IMG/VR virus record: IMGVR_UViG_2521172733_000017
Source of the DNA: a virus
Lineage: Duplodnaviria; Heunggongvirae; Uroviricota; Caudoviricetes
Reading direction: 5' to 3' (one strand)
DNA: 18,058 nt
The notes beneath the pieces were generated by a model that searched no databases, was not told where the DNA came from, and saw nothing but the letters and a program-made list of their open reading frames with translations. Position numbers and translations under genes: made by a program. This document shows, one piece after another, positions 8,572 to 16,736 of the stretch. Positions within the stretch are counted from its first letter, which is position 1; every line of letters begins with the position of its first letter.

Positions 8572-9066
8572 TCAGAACAGCCCTTTAACTGAACTGGCCG
8601 CGCTGTTAAGAGATGATGTCACCTTATCTTTGAAGCCGGACAGCATATCGCTGAACGATGAGGATTGCAGGCGCTCCCGCAAATCCTCATCACAGCGTTC
8701 AAGGGTCAGTGAAAATTCTATCTTTTTCGCCTTACCGTAGCGATCAAACTCGGAACGGGTCGTATTCGTTTCAGTCAGCACATACATGCCGTAAATCTGC
8801 CCGACACCATCAATCAGAGGCCAGGGGCGTCCTGTATATGCCTGCGTGGTCAGCAACGAAAGCGACACTTCGCCACCTGTAATTTCAGGATAAAGCACGC
8901 CAGAAAGCACAATGCGATCATCACCTGCACCGATATACTGCCAGCTTGCTGAGCGGTTAACGCGTTCATTTTTCACATGCCGCCAGCTTTTGTTTTGCTG
9001 TAACTGCTGATGCGGCAATGTGCGCAGCTCAAAAACAAACATGCCGTAGATCATCATCATGGCCAT
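8572..9066 (-). CDS. U: Tail protein U (P2 gpU family)
   Basis: 164 aa (P2 gpU is about 159 aa); immediately downstream of the tape measure gene on the same strand with GGAG upstream; position matches P2 T-U order. Confidence 0.75.
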   Translation of the reverse strand: MAMMMIYGMFVFELRTLPHQQLQQNKSWRHVKNERVNRSASWQYIGAGDDRIVLSGVLYPEITGGEVSLSLLTTQAYTGRPWPLIDGVGQIYGMYVLTETNTTRSEFDRYGKAKKIEFSLTLERCDEDLRERLQSSSFSDMLSGFKDKVTSSLNSAASSVKGLF

Positions 9067-9072
9067 GACTCC

Positions 9073-11916
9073 TCAATCTTTATCGTAAAAACTGCCACGT
9101 CCGGCACGGGCGCGCCGTTCCATCTCTGCCCTGACCATTTCACCGACCAGTTTCGCCAGTTCGCGGGGGTTCTGCGTAACAACGTTATGCAGATGGACAT
9201 GAATTTCACCACCAAATCCGGAGGCAACAGGCTCCCGGTTACGGGAAGTTACAGGAACTGATGCCACTGGCGATCGTATGGCCTCCGCCACCGGGCGGGA
9301 GCTGGCCGCAACAACAGGGACCAGCGCCGGAGGCAGCGGAGCCGGGACCACGGGTGTGATATTAATTGCGGGGGCAGGCTTACTGACCTGCGCAATCTTC
9401 CGCTCCTGCCACTCCCCACGAACAGCAAGTGCGCGGGGCAGGTTCTTAAAGACAATATCGCCGGGGCCAATGCGTTTTTTCGTCTCATCAACCAGCTTAC
9501 CTGTGTTATCAGCAATTTTGCTGAGTCTGCGTAGCGTCCCGGTATTGCTGTCTGTGAGCGGTTTGTTGTCTTTGGGTTTATCACCTCCGGTGCCATTGCC
9601 ATTTTCCACAGGCTTCGGCGGATTGATTTTCGCCAGGTCCCCCTGAAGCAAGGCAACCTTGTCCTGAAGAATGGCCGCACGCTGTGCGTCTTCGATTTTC
9701 TTGCGCGCCCTTTCCGCTTCATCCGGAAGGACGCCAAGTTTTTCAAGTATCCACGCCAGCGTATCCAGCAGCATTTTTGCAGGTGTCAGAACAAGTTGTA
9801 ACGCACCGCCAAGAACGTTACCGAATATCTCGCCAGCACTGGTACATTTATCCAGCGTTTCCTTGCTGGACTCCATCGGTGACAGCAGCGATTTAAACCA
9901 GTTAAACACCTGGCTGATCCCGCTTCCGATTGCGTCAAAAACAGGACCAAACCGTTCAAAGGTTTCGCGCAACGGGGTCAGCCTTTCCATAATTCCGCTG
10001 AACACCCCGACAAAAAATGCCCTGATGGGATCCCAATGTTTCCAGATAAGAATGGCAGCTCCGGCAAGCGCAGCCACGATAAGACCAACCGGACTGAACA
10101 GCGCCCCGATAGCACCTCCCAGCAAAGAAACGGAACCCGTCACCATTCCCCATAGTGCTGGCAGGAGCCTGACAGCATTCATTGATCCGATCAGGAGGGA
10201 AAAACCAAGACGCAGTTTTGCCAGCGGGCCAGCAAGCACACCAAGAGCAAGCGACAATGAGCCTACGGTTGCAGTCACTGCCAGCAGCGCACCGCCTGCA
10301 ATCAGTAGCTGGCGCGTCAGTACAGGATGGGCCTGCGCCAGTACCGTCACCTTTGAGACCACCCGTGTTAGCCACTGCGTGACAGAACGCAGCGGACCGT
10401 CAACCAGATCACTGATGCGAATACGAAGACCTTCCCATGCGCTGTCGAGATTTTTCAGGTCGCCATCAAGGTTGTCGGCCATAACCTTTGCCGTGCGTTC
10501 AGCCTCACCGCGTGCGCCCTCAAGTTCTTTTCTCAGTTTGGGTAAGGAACCGTCACCCGCCGCATCAACGAGTGCCATAAACGATGTGAAAGCCTCTTCC
10601 CCGGCGATGTCCTTAAAGAAGGATACCCGGTCAACTTCCCCGTATTTGCGGGTAGCTTTATAAAGGTCAGCCAGCAGATCTTCCATCGGGCGCATTTTGC
10701 CCCCGGCATCCGAGACGGACACGCCCAGCTCTTTCAGAGCTTCTGCCGCCGCCTTTGGCGGTGATGCCAGACGAGCCAGGCTGGCACGCATTGCCGTCCC
10801 GGCATCACTCCCTCTGATGCCCATATTCGCCAGCACGCCCGCCATCGCTGCGGCCTGCTCCAGCGATATTCCCAGCTTACCCGCCACCGGACCTGCATAT
10901 TTCATGGTTTCGCCCAGTGCGCGAAGGTCAGTGTTGGTACGGGTAAACGCTGCGGTGAGTGTGTCACCGACCCGGTCCATCTGGTCAGCAGAAAGGCCGA
11001 ACTGCGTCAGGATATTTGAGCCAATATCTGCCGTCTCGCCGAGATCCATACCGCCAGCCGTTGCCATGCTCAGCACGCCGGGAAGCGCAGCCTGAATGGC
11101 CTGCGGAGTGAAGCCAGCCATTGCAAGAAATGCCTGTCCACTGGCGGCATCGCCTGCGGTGAACTGCGTTTCAGAGCCCAGTTTTAACGCCTGCTCACGC
11201 AGCGCCTTAAACTGCGGGCTGTTCTGGTCGATTCGCGTCAGTGCCTGAACGCGGGACATCTCTTTGCCGAACCCGATCGCAGGCTGCAAAAAACGCCCGG
11301 CAGCATAGCCGCCCGCCGCTGCCGCACCAATTGCCAGTGCACCACCTGTTTTCAGTTTTCCCGCTGTTTCCTGCGCGCGCGAATACCGCTCACGCGCCCG
11401 CGTTACACGCGCAAGCGCCTGCCGTTCGCGTTCAAGCTGGTTGTTGTACTGTTCGGTGCGTCTGATGGCCTGCTGGATGGTGTTATCGCTGCCTGTCAGG
11501 GAAATGCCGTGGCGTTTCAGCTCTCCGCCAAGCTCCCGCATTTTCTGAATTTCCCGTGTGCGCGATTCATTCAGGCGTTCAAGCCGGGTGCTTAACTGCT
11601 GCATCAGCTTTTGTTGTTTTTCGCTGAGCACTGTACCCGTGCGTTGTAACTGATTAAGGGCGTTAAGCTGGCGTCGTGCTTTCACGATACCCGCATCCGC
11701 TTTACTGACAGCGTCGCGGGCGCGCTCAAATGAACGCGCCTGACGCTCGAGATTTTTGATCGCCCCCTGCGTTCGCTGGATGGAGTCACCAAACTGCCCC
11801 ATCAGGCGGCGGGCGTTTTCGGCAGGCCGGGTCAGCCTGTCAACGGCGCTGAAAGCGACCCGGATGTCAAGAGTCTTCATTATCTGCATTCCCGCTGCGA
11901 AGTGCCGCCCGCTCAC
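9073..11916 (-). CDS. T: Tail tape measure protein (gpT)
   Basis: 947 aa; coiled-coil-rich N-terminal region, central hydrophobic and Gly/Ala-rich segment, located after E/E' and before U. Confidence 0.85.
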   Translation of the reverse strand: MSGRHFAAGMQIMKTLDIRVAFSAVDRLTRPAENARRLMGQFGDSIQRTQGAIKNLERQARSFERARDAVSKADAGIVKARRQLNALNQLQRTGTVLSEKQQKLMQQLSTRLERLNESRTREIQKMRELGGELKRHGISLTGSDNTIQQAIRRTEQYNNQLERERQALARVTRARERYSRAQETAGKLKTGGALAIGAAAAGGYAAGRFLQPAIGFGKEMSRVQALTRIDQNSPQFKALREQALKLGSETQFTAGDAASGQAFLAMAGFTPQAIQAALPGVLSMATAGGMDLGETADIGSNILTQFGLSADQMDRVGDTLTAAFTRTNTDLRALGETMKYAGPVAGKLGISLEQAAAMAGVLANMGIRGSDAGTAMRASLARLASPPKAAAEALKELGVSVSDAGGKMRPMEDLLADLYKATRKYGEVDRVSFFKDIAGEEAFTSFMALVDAAGDGSLPKLRKELEGARGEAERTAKVMADNLDGDLKNLDSAWEGLRIRISDLVDGPLRSVTQWLTRVVSKVTVLAQAHPVLTRQLLIAGGALLAVTATVGSLSLALGVLAGPLAKLRLGFSLLIGSMNAVRLLPALWGMVTGSVSLLGGAIGALFSPVGLIVAALAGAAILIWKHWDPIRAFFVGVFSGIMERLTPLRETFERFGPVFDAIGSGISQVFNWFKSLLSPMESSKETLDKCTSAGEIFGNVLGGALQLVLTPAKMLLDTLAWILEKLGVLPDEAERARKKIEDAQRAAILQDKVALLQGDLAKINPPKPVENGNGTGGDKPKDNKPLTDSNTGTLRRLSKIADNTGKLVDETKKRIGPGDIVFKNLPRALAVRGEWQERKIAQVSKPAPAINITPVVPAPLPPALVPVVAASSRPVAEAIRSPVASVPVTSRNREPVASGFGGEIHVHLHNVVTQNPRELAKLVGEMVRAEMERRARAGRGSFYDKD

Positions 11917-12396
11917 GCCAGCTAACCACTTCGCCGGGCGTCATCATGAAGATTTCGGCGGGCGACCAGTTAAAAATGGCGGCAATATCCGCCACCAGAT
12001 CTTCGATGTGCTCAAAGCACACAACCGTGATCAGGCTTCCGTCGCCTGTTCGTTCTTCCCGCCAGAGTCCGCACCGCTCAAAAAATTTACGGCAACCACA
12101 CATAACTGAATAAAGTCACGGGATGCCATTTTTTTGATCGTCACTTCATCCAGTCGCGGTGATGTCACGCGTGACAGCAGCGTAAACATGGATTCCGCTT
12201 TCAGATTCAGCACATCAGACAGCGACAAATCTCGCAGAGATCCAGCCTGCTCAATAGCTCCGGTGATCTCCACATACGTGATTTTTTCGCCGCCTCGCTC
12301 AATTGGTTGGGTAAGTTTTACGCCACGCTCACTGGTTTCTTTCACAGTGTCAGCAACGACCGTGTTTTCGTTATCGATGTTTTTCGTCTCTTTCAT
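11867..12396 (-). CDS. Tail assembly chaperone E+E' made by programmed -1 ribosomal frameshift at T TTT TTG (+ strand 12079-12085)
   Basis: The -1 frame ORF (11867-12103) overlaps the 3' end of E and the start of T; the slippery heptamer is the one P2 uses for E/E', as I recall; arrangement is conserved in tailed phages. Confidence 0.7.
12031..12396 (-). CDS. E: Tail assembly chaperone E (zero-frame product)
   Basis: 121 aa between the tube gene FII and T; AAGGAG RBS 7 nt upstream of the ATG; contains the T TTT TTG slippery heptamer near its 3' end. Confidence 0.8.
   Translation of the reverse strand: MKETKNIDNENTVVADTVKETSERGVKLTQPIERGGEKITYVEITGAIEQAGSLRDLSLSDVLNLKAESMFTLLSRVTSPRLDEVTIKKMASRDFIQLCVVAVNFLSGADSGGKNEQATEA
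12079..12085 (-). promoter_or_regulatory. Programmed -1 frameshift slippery heptamer T TTT TTG (read on the - strand)
   Basis: Heptamer is in the correct phase (aaT TTT TTG = N F L in the E frame); the -1 frame continues ...VNFFERCGLW... into E'. Confidence 0.65.
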
Positions 12397-12450
12397 CAGG
12401 AAACTCCTTTCAGTCAGAGGCGACGCACTGCGCCGCCTGCATATTACTTA

Positions 12451-12963
12451 TCAGCCAAGCCCGAGCGCGGAACGGATGCGATCGGGCACAATGTCCTTGC
12501 CGTCCTTCCGGTAAATGAAGTTCAGCAGGTCAATCTCCCACAACGGGCGATCGTTAACACTCAGCTTGTAGTAGGTGTTTTTAATGGCGTAAGTGTGTGA
12601 TGTGGCTTCGCCCTGTTTGGCTTCCCCCATATCAATTTCCGTCACACGTCCGCGCATTTCGACTTCATACAGATCGCTTTCTGCATCGGTGTAGTATTCA
12701 CCCGCAAAACGCAGCAGCGTGCCGTCAATCGTGCCGCCATACTTAAGGAACAGCTCACGAACTGCCCCCCCCATGACAAAGCTCGCATCAAGCGCGGAGT
12801 CGTCCAGACCGAGATCAATACTTACCGCCCCCATCATGCCGCCCCCCCGGTAGCTGTCGGTTTTGCGCGTCAGCTTAGGCAGAGTGACGGACGTCACCTT
12901 ACCCACTTCGTTTTCACCATCCACAAACAGCGTAAAAAAGCGAAGATGTTTTGGCACAGCCAT
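12451..12963 (-). CDS. FII: Tail tube protein FII
   Basis: 170 aa; motifs SVTLPKLTRK and DLGLDDSAL match P2 gpFII as recalled; start overlaps the FI stop (ATGA). Confidence 0.9.
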   Translation of the reverse strand: MAVPKHLRFFTLFVDGENEVGKVTSVTLPKLTRKTDSYRGGGMMGAVSIDLGLDDSALDASFVMGGAVRELFLKYGGTIDGTLLRFAGEYYTDAESDLYEVEMRGRVTEIDMGEAKQGEATSHTYAIKNTYYKLSVNDRPLWEIDLLNFIYRKDGKDIVPDRIRSALGLG

Positions 12964-14147
12964 CAGGCACCTCCCAGCACCGCAAATGCGGGTTCAAAGT
13001 ATTCATCAGTAAACGTCTGGTAAAGCTCCATGTCTTCCAGTGGCGGAACGGGCGTATATTTGTAGCGAATACGCACACGCCCCTGACGTAAATCCGTGGT
13101 GCTGTTATCCACCACGTCATACCAGCACTCCGCGCCAATCAGTTTCCCGGCAGTAACCAGTGAATCCAGTTTTGCCCTGATGGCACTGATAACATCCTTC
13201 ACGTTCGCAGGTGTCAGTGGACTGTCGATGGTTTCAAACTGCGCTTCCGCAATTGAATCAGCCAGCACCTGTGCGGTTCGGGTATACACCTCAAAGATGT
13301 AGGCGTTCGTTTCCGGTGTGCGGTTGCCCCAGAAGCGGAACCCGTTGCGACGAATAATGGTCGTGATTTCTTTGTTGTTGAGGCTGTTGGCATCACTGTC
13401 TTCGGCCTGTAACGACCAGAACACATGCCTCGACATCCCCAGCACATTTTTAACCGGAACGTTGGACAGTGATTTGTGCCATCCCTGCTCATGGTCAATG
13501 TACGCACGAAGACCGCACGCATAGGCAGGCGCGGGGAACGTTTCGTTTTTGCCACTTTTCGGGTTGTAGGCGATGAAGTCCGGCCATAAGAGCATCACCT
13601 CACGTTCGTTGAATTTCTGGCGGTAGGTAATCGCCTCAGCCATCGTGTTACAGCCGTGACATGTGGCATACACAAACGCGCGCAGTTTACCCGCAATCAC
13701 GCACAGGGATTTTGTTACCGCCTCCGTGTCCAGCTCCGGCGCGGCCAGAATACGCGGACGGTATCCGATGCTTTCATCCTGCTCTGCAACAAGCAGCGCA
13801 TACATCCCCGTATAGCTGCCGTCAGATTCAGAACCACCGATAACCAGTTGATCCTGCGTTTTTCCGTCTTCTTCTTTGTGTTCAGCCACGCGAACGACGA
13901 TCACCTTTGTGCTCACCTGGTCTGCGATGGCCTTAAGCGCACGATAAAGCGTCCCCGTTGTTCCGCATTTTCCCAGCACGTCATTGACGCGGGTCAGCAG
14001 TGTGGGCTTGTTCAGCGGGAACAGCTCCGCGTCCGCATCATCCGCCGTTGCCACGATACCGATAACACTGGAATCAACATCATTAATCGCTGTTACCAGG
14101 TCGGTACTTTCCGTAACACGGGCACCATGAAAACGAGTTTCACTCAT
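12963..14147 (-). CDS. FI: Contractile tail sheath protein FI
   Basis: 394 aa; extensive motif-level match to P2 gpFI as recalled (DADAELFPLNKP, PRILAAPELDT, GKLRAF, WPDF, HEQGWHKSLSNV, IRRNGFRFWGNRT, YTRTAQVLAD, YKYTPVPPLE). Confidence 0.9.
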   Translation of the reverse strand: MSETRFHGARVTESTDLVTAINDVDSSVIGIVATADDADAELFPLNKPTLLTRVNDVLGKCGTTGTLYRALKAIADQVSTKVIVVRVAEHKEEDGKTQDQLVIGGSESDGSYTGMYALLVAEQDESIGYRPRILAAPELDTEAVTKSLCVIAGKLRAFVYATCHGCNTMAEAITYRQKFNEREVMLLWPDFIAYNPKSGKNETFPAPAYACGLRAYIDHEQGWHKSLSNVPVKNVLGMSRHVFWSLQAEDSDANSLNNKEITTIIRRNGFRFWGNRTPETNAYIFEVYTRTAQVLADSIAEAQFETIDSPLTPANVKDVISAIRAKLDSLVTAGKLIGAECWYDVVDNSTTDLRQGRVRIRYKYTPVPPLEDMELYQTFTDEYFEPAFAVLGGA

Positions 14148-14304
14148 AGCTCCAGCCCCTTGTATCCGTTAAATGATTCAGCAACAATCATCACCCACCA
14201 CGCGCGTAATCTCACCCCTGCGCCGTTCTCCCGCCACGGCGACAACAAAAAGCAGTAACCCCTTCCGCACGCACATGCGACCATGCCGCACAGGGAGGGA
14301 ACAG

Positions 14305-15413
14305 ATGACCGACACCACCATGCAATTGCTCAGCCAGGGCACTTACCCCGTGAAAATGCCGGATTTTGATATTCTCGCCGAGGGTAAAACGCTGTCCGGC
14401 GTGGCAGACCGCCTGATGAACCTGTCACTGACCGACAACCGGGGATTTGAGGCGGACCAGCTCACCATCACGCTGGATGATGCGGATGGTCAGTTGCAGC
14501 TACCGCCACGGGGCGCGCGCCTGACGGTTCTCATTGGCTGGAAAGGAGAACCGCTGACAGAAAAAGGCACTTACATTGTTGATGAAATCGCTCACGAAGG
14601 ACCGCCGGACAGGCTGACTGTTTCAGCCAGAAGCGCAGATTTTCGGGATGAATTTAACGTTAAACGTGAGGTGTCCTGGCATGATGTGACCGTTGAGCGC
14701 GTGGTATCTGCCATCGCTCATCGGTACGGTCTGAAACCGCAAATCAGCGAAATGCTGATGGATATCGAAATCGACCACGCCGACCAGACCGAAGAAAGCG
14801 ATATGTCCTTCCTTACGCGCATGGCGGAAATGCTGGGCGCAATCACCACGGTAAAAAGCGGCAATCTGTTATTCATCATGCCAGGTGGTGGCGTGAACGC
14901 ACAGGGCCAGCCGTTGCCCTCGTTCGCCATTACACGCAGCAGCGGCGATCGCCATCAGTTCCGTATTGCTGACCGCGAGGCGTATACGGGGGTACGCGCC
15001 TACTGGCTTGATCTTAATTACGGGAAAAAGAAAAAGTCAGCGTGAAACGCCGTAAACCACCAAAACCCAAAAAGGAGAAAAGCAGCAGCCGTGAAGGTGA
15101 TTATATGGAAGGCGCGGAAGGCAATGTGTTTGTGTTACGCAAGACTTATCAGAACGAGCAGGCAGCAAGACGCGCAGCGGCGGCAAAGTGGCAGCAGCTA
15201 CAACGCGGAGCCGCATCATTCTCCATCACGCTGGCATGTGGTCGTGCAGAACTCTACCCCGAAATGCATGGCACGGTAACAGGATTTAAAAGCGAGATTG
15301 ATAATCAGGACTGGATTATTGCAAAAGCCGAGCACACCATCGATAACAGCGGCTTTACCACGCAGCTTGAGCTTGAGGCAAAAATCTCGGAATGGATAGC
15401 AGAAACAGAGTGA
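14305..15413 (+). pseudogene. D: Tail protein D (P2 gpD, late control D family) split by a frameshift in an A-rich tract (segments 14305-15045 and 15042-15413)
   Basis: N-terminal segment carries LSLTDNRGFEADQL and SWHD motifs of gpD; the C-terminal part continues in the -1 frame (...GAASFSITLACGRAELYPE..., SGFTT) after the Lys-rich linker; frame break at gggaaaaagaaaaag (15022-15036); RBS GGGAGGG before ATG 14305. Confidence 0.75.
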
Positions 15414-15455
15414 GCAACTTAGAATAGCAGCAGCACCACGTTAAGGGAGGTCGCT

Positions 15456-15716
15456 ATGTTCCGTTGTCCGCTTTGTGGCGCATCTGCCCGTATCCGCACC
15501 AGTCGTCCTGAAAATGATTCAAACACCGTGCGGCAAAAGTATTACCAGTGTAACAACCTGGAATGCGGCGTATGCTTCTCAACACTGGAAGCTTTCCATA
15601 AATTCACATCAAAACACGCCTCCGGCGTTCACTCTTCAGAAGGTATCCCGTGGCATGAGCTGCCAGCTTCACACAGGGGAAACAATCAGATGAGTTTGCC
15701 TTTACCTCAGAATTAA
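15456..15716 (+). CDS. ogr: Ogr/Delta-family zinc-finger late-gene transcription activator
   Basis: 86 aa; MFRCPLCGASARIRTSR...YYQCNNLECGVCF carries the Cys-x2-Cys...Cys-x4-Cys finger and resembles P2 Ogr; AAGGGAGG RBS; positioned after D at the prophage right end as in P2. Confidence 0.85.
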   Translation: MFRCPLCGASARIRTSRPENDSNTVRQKYYQCNNLECGVCFSTLEAFHKFTSKHASGVHSSEGIPWHELPASHRGNNQMSLPLPQN

Positions 15717-15725
15717 CAGGCAGAA

Positions 15726-15754
15726 TTGCCGGAGTAACAAAAAAGCGATAGATT
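15726..15754 (+). promoter_or_regulatory. Candidate sigma70 promoter (TTGCCG, 17-bp spacer, TAGATT) for the hok-like transcript
   Basis: Good -35/-10 hexamers with 17-bp spacing about 150 nt upstream of the hok-like ORF; predicted transcript to the terminator at about 16168 would be roughly 400 nt, typical of hok mRNAs. Confidence 0.4.
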
Positions 15755-15907
15755 ACGCGCGGGTGCCTTTCGGCTGATGGTCGGAGGGAATACCCGAAGG
15801 CCAGATGTGGAAAGGCCCCGGAAAACATTTCTGTTTAACCGAGGCCCTAACATATCTACCTTAAGCAAGTGATAGGTTAGCGCCTCTCCAACAAAGGAGC
15901 AAGCGCT

Positions 15908-16048
15908 ATGTCGCAAAAATCGCTTACGGCCATCACGTTCTGCGTGACGGTAATCCTCATCATCTGGATGCTACACGGTTCGCTGTGTGAAATACGGATG
16001 AGCTTCTGGGGAGCGGAGTTTGCGGCGTTCTTACAGTGTAAGCAGTAA
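15908..16048 (+). CDS. Hok/Gef-family type I toxin-antitoxin toxin (small membrane peptide), HokA-like
   Basis: 46-aa ORF below the track's size cutoff: MSQKSLTAITFCVTVILIIWMLHGSLCEIRMSFWGAEFAAFLQCKQ; hydrophobic transmembrane helix followed by the SLCEIR...E-AAFL-C motif of Hok-family toxins (compare HokA ...DSLCELHIKQESYELAAFLACKLKE as recalled); AGGAG RBS 8 nt upstream. Confidence 0.65.
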   Translation: MSQKSLTAITFCVTVILIIWMLHGSLCEIRMSFWGAEFAAFLQCKQ

Positions 16049-16136
16049 GGAAACCGCGACGGGGGAGCAATCCCCCGTCAATCGGTTGCTAAGGTTGGCT
16101 GAAGTGGCACCCTATCTCACAGACATGAACAACAAA

Positions 16137-16168
16137 CCCGCAGCGTAAGAACTGCGGGTTTTCTTTTT
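16137..16168 (+). terminator. Rho-independent terminator (CCCGCAG-loop-CTGCGGG then TTTTCTTTTT) ending the hok-like transcript
   Basis: 7-bp GC-rich stem, 8-nt loop and T-rich tail on the + strand; an additional perfect 9-bp hairpin (GACGGGGGA-GCAA-TCCCCCGTC) lies at 16058-16079. Confidence 0.6.
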
Positions 16169-16251
16169 GGAACTATCACTAGCTAGTGTACCGTTAACGG
16201 CACATAATGCTCGCACAACAAACCTGTTAAAAGAGATTACTCAGCATTCTC

Positions 16252-16518
16252 CTACTTCCATTGCCGGATCATTTCATCGGTAACATCACCCTCATAACAT
16301 ACCACGTCATACCCTCCATTACGGCTATATGCACTGCGTCCACCACATCTACTACCATTCCTTGCATGATTATAAGGACACGCACAATTGCCTGGATAAG
16401 ATTCAATGGATTCTTTAATTATTTCTTTTTTGATCTGAGCATCAGACTTTCCTGTTGCTGCATATCCGCTAAAAGATACTAAACAAAGGCAGATTGCCAT
16501 TAATAAACCACATCGCAT
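16252..16518 (-). CDS. Small secreted Cys-containing protein of unknown function (orphan gene in an AT-rich islet)
   Basis: Starting at the internal ATG (16516-16518) gives 88 aa with a signal-peptide-like N-terminus MRCGLLMAICLCLVSFSGYAATG and a mature part with 4 Cys (CACPY...RCGGRSAYSRNGGYDVVCYEG); the track's 38-residue upstream extension is unlikely to be translated. Confidence 0.5.
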   Translation of the reverse strand: MRCGLLMAICLCLVSFSGYAATGKSDAQIKKEIIKESIESYPGNCACPYNHARNGSRCGGRSAYSRNGGYDVVCYEGDVTDEMIRQWK

Positions 16519-16736
16519 ACCGATACACTCTATTACTAACCAATCATAGTCCACATCATAAAATCGAGATGAGGAGTACAATACCTTTAACAAGAAGGTG
16601 TCATAACGATAATATGTCGTGCAATTCATCAAAAAAAAGATCTATATCAAAGAGATAGAACTCTTATCAGTGCTTCAGACATCGGCATTCGAGGCAGCAG
16701 AAAAACAGTAAATCTGACGAATTTGCCTTTTCCCAA

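Noticed and set aside
9671-10663. 330-aa ORF on the + strand, plus other long + strand ORFs (9278-9646, 10697-11095) inside the tape measure region
   Set aside because: Antisense to the well-supported 947-aa tape measure gene; Ser/Ala/Pro/Arg-rich low-complexity translation typical of spurious ORFs opposite GC-rich coding sequence; no RBS context.
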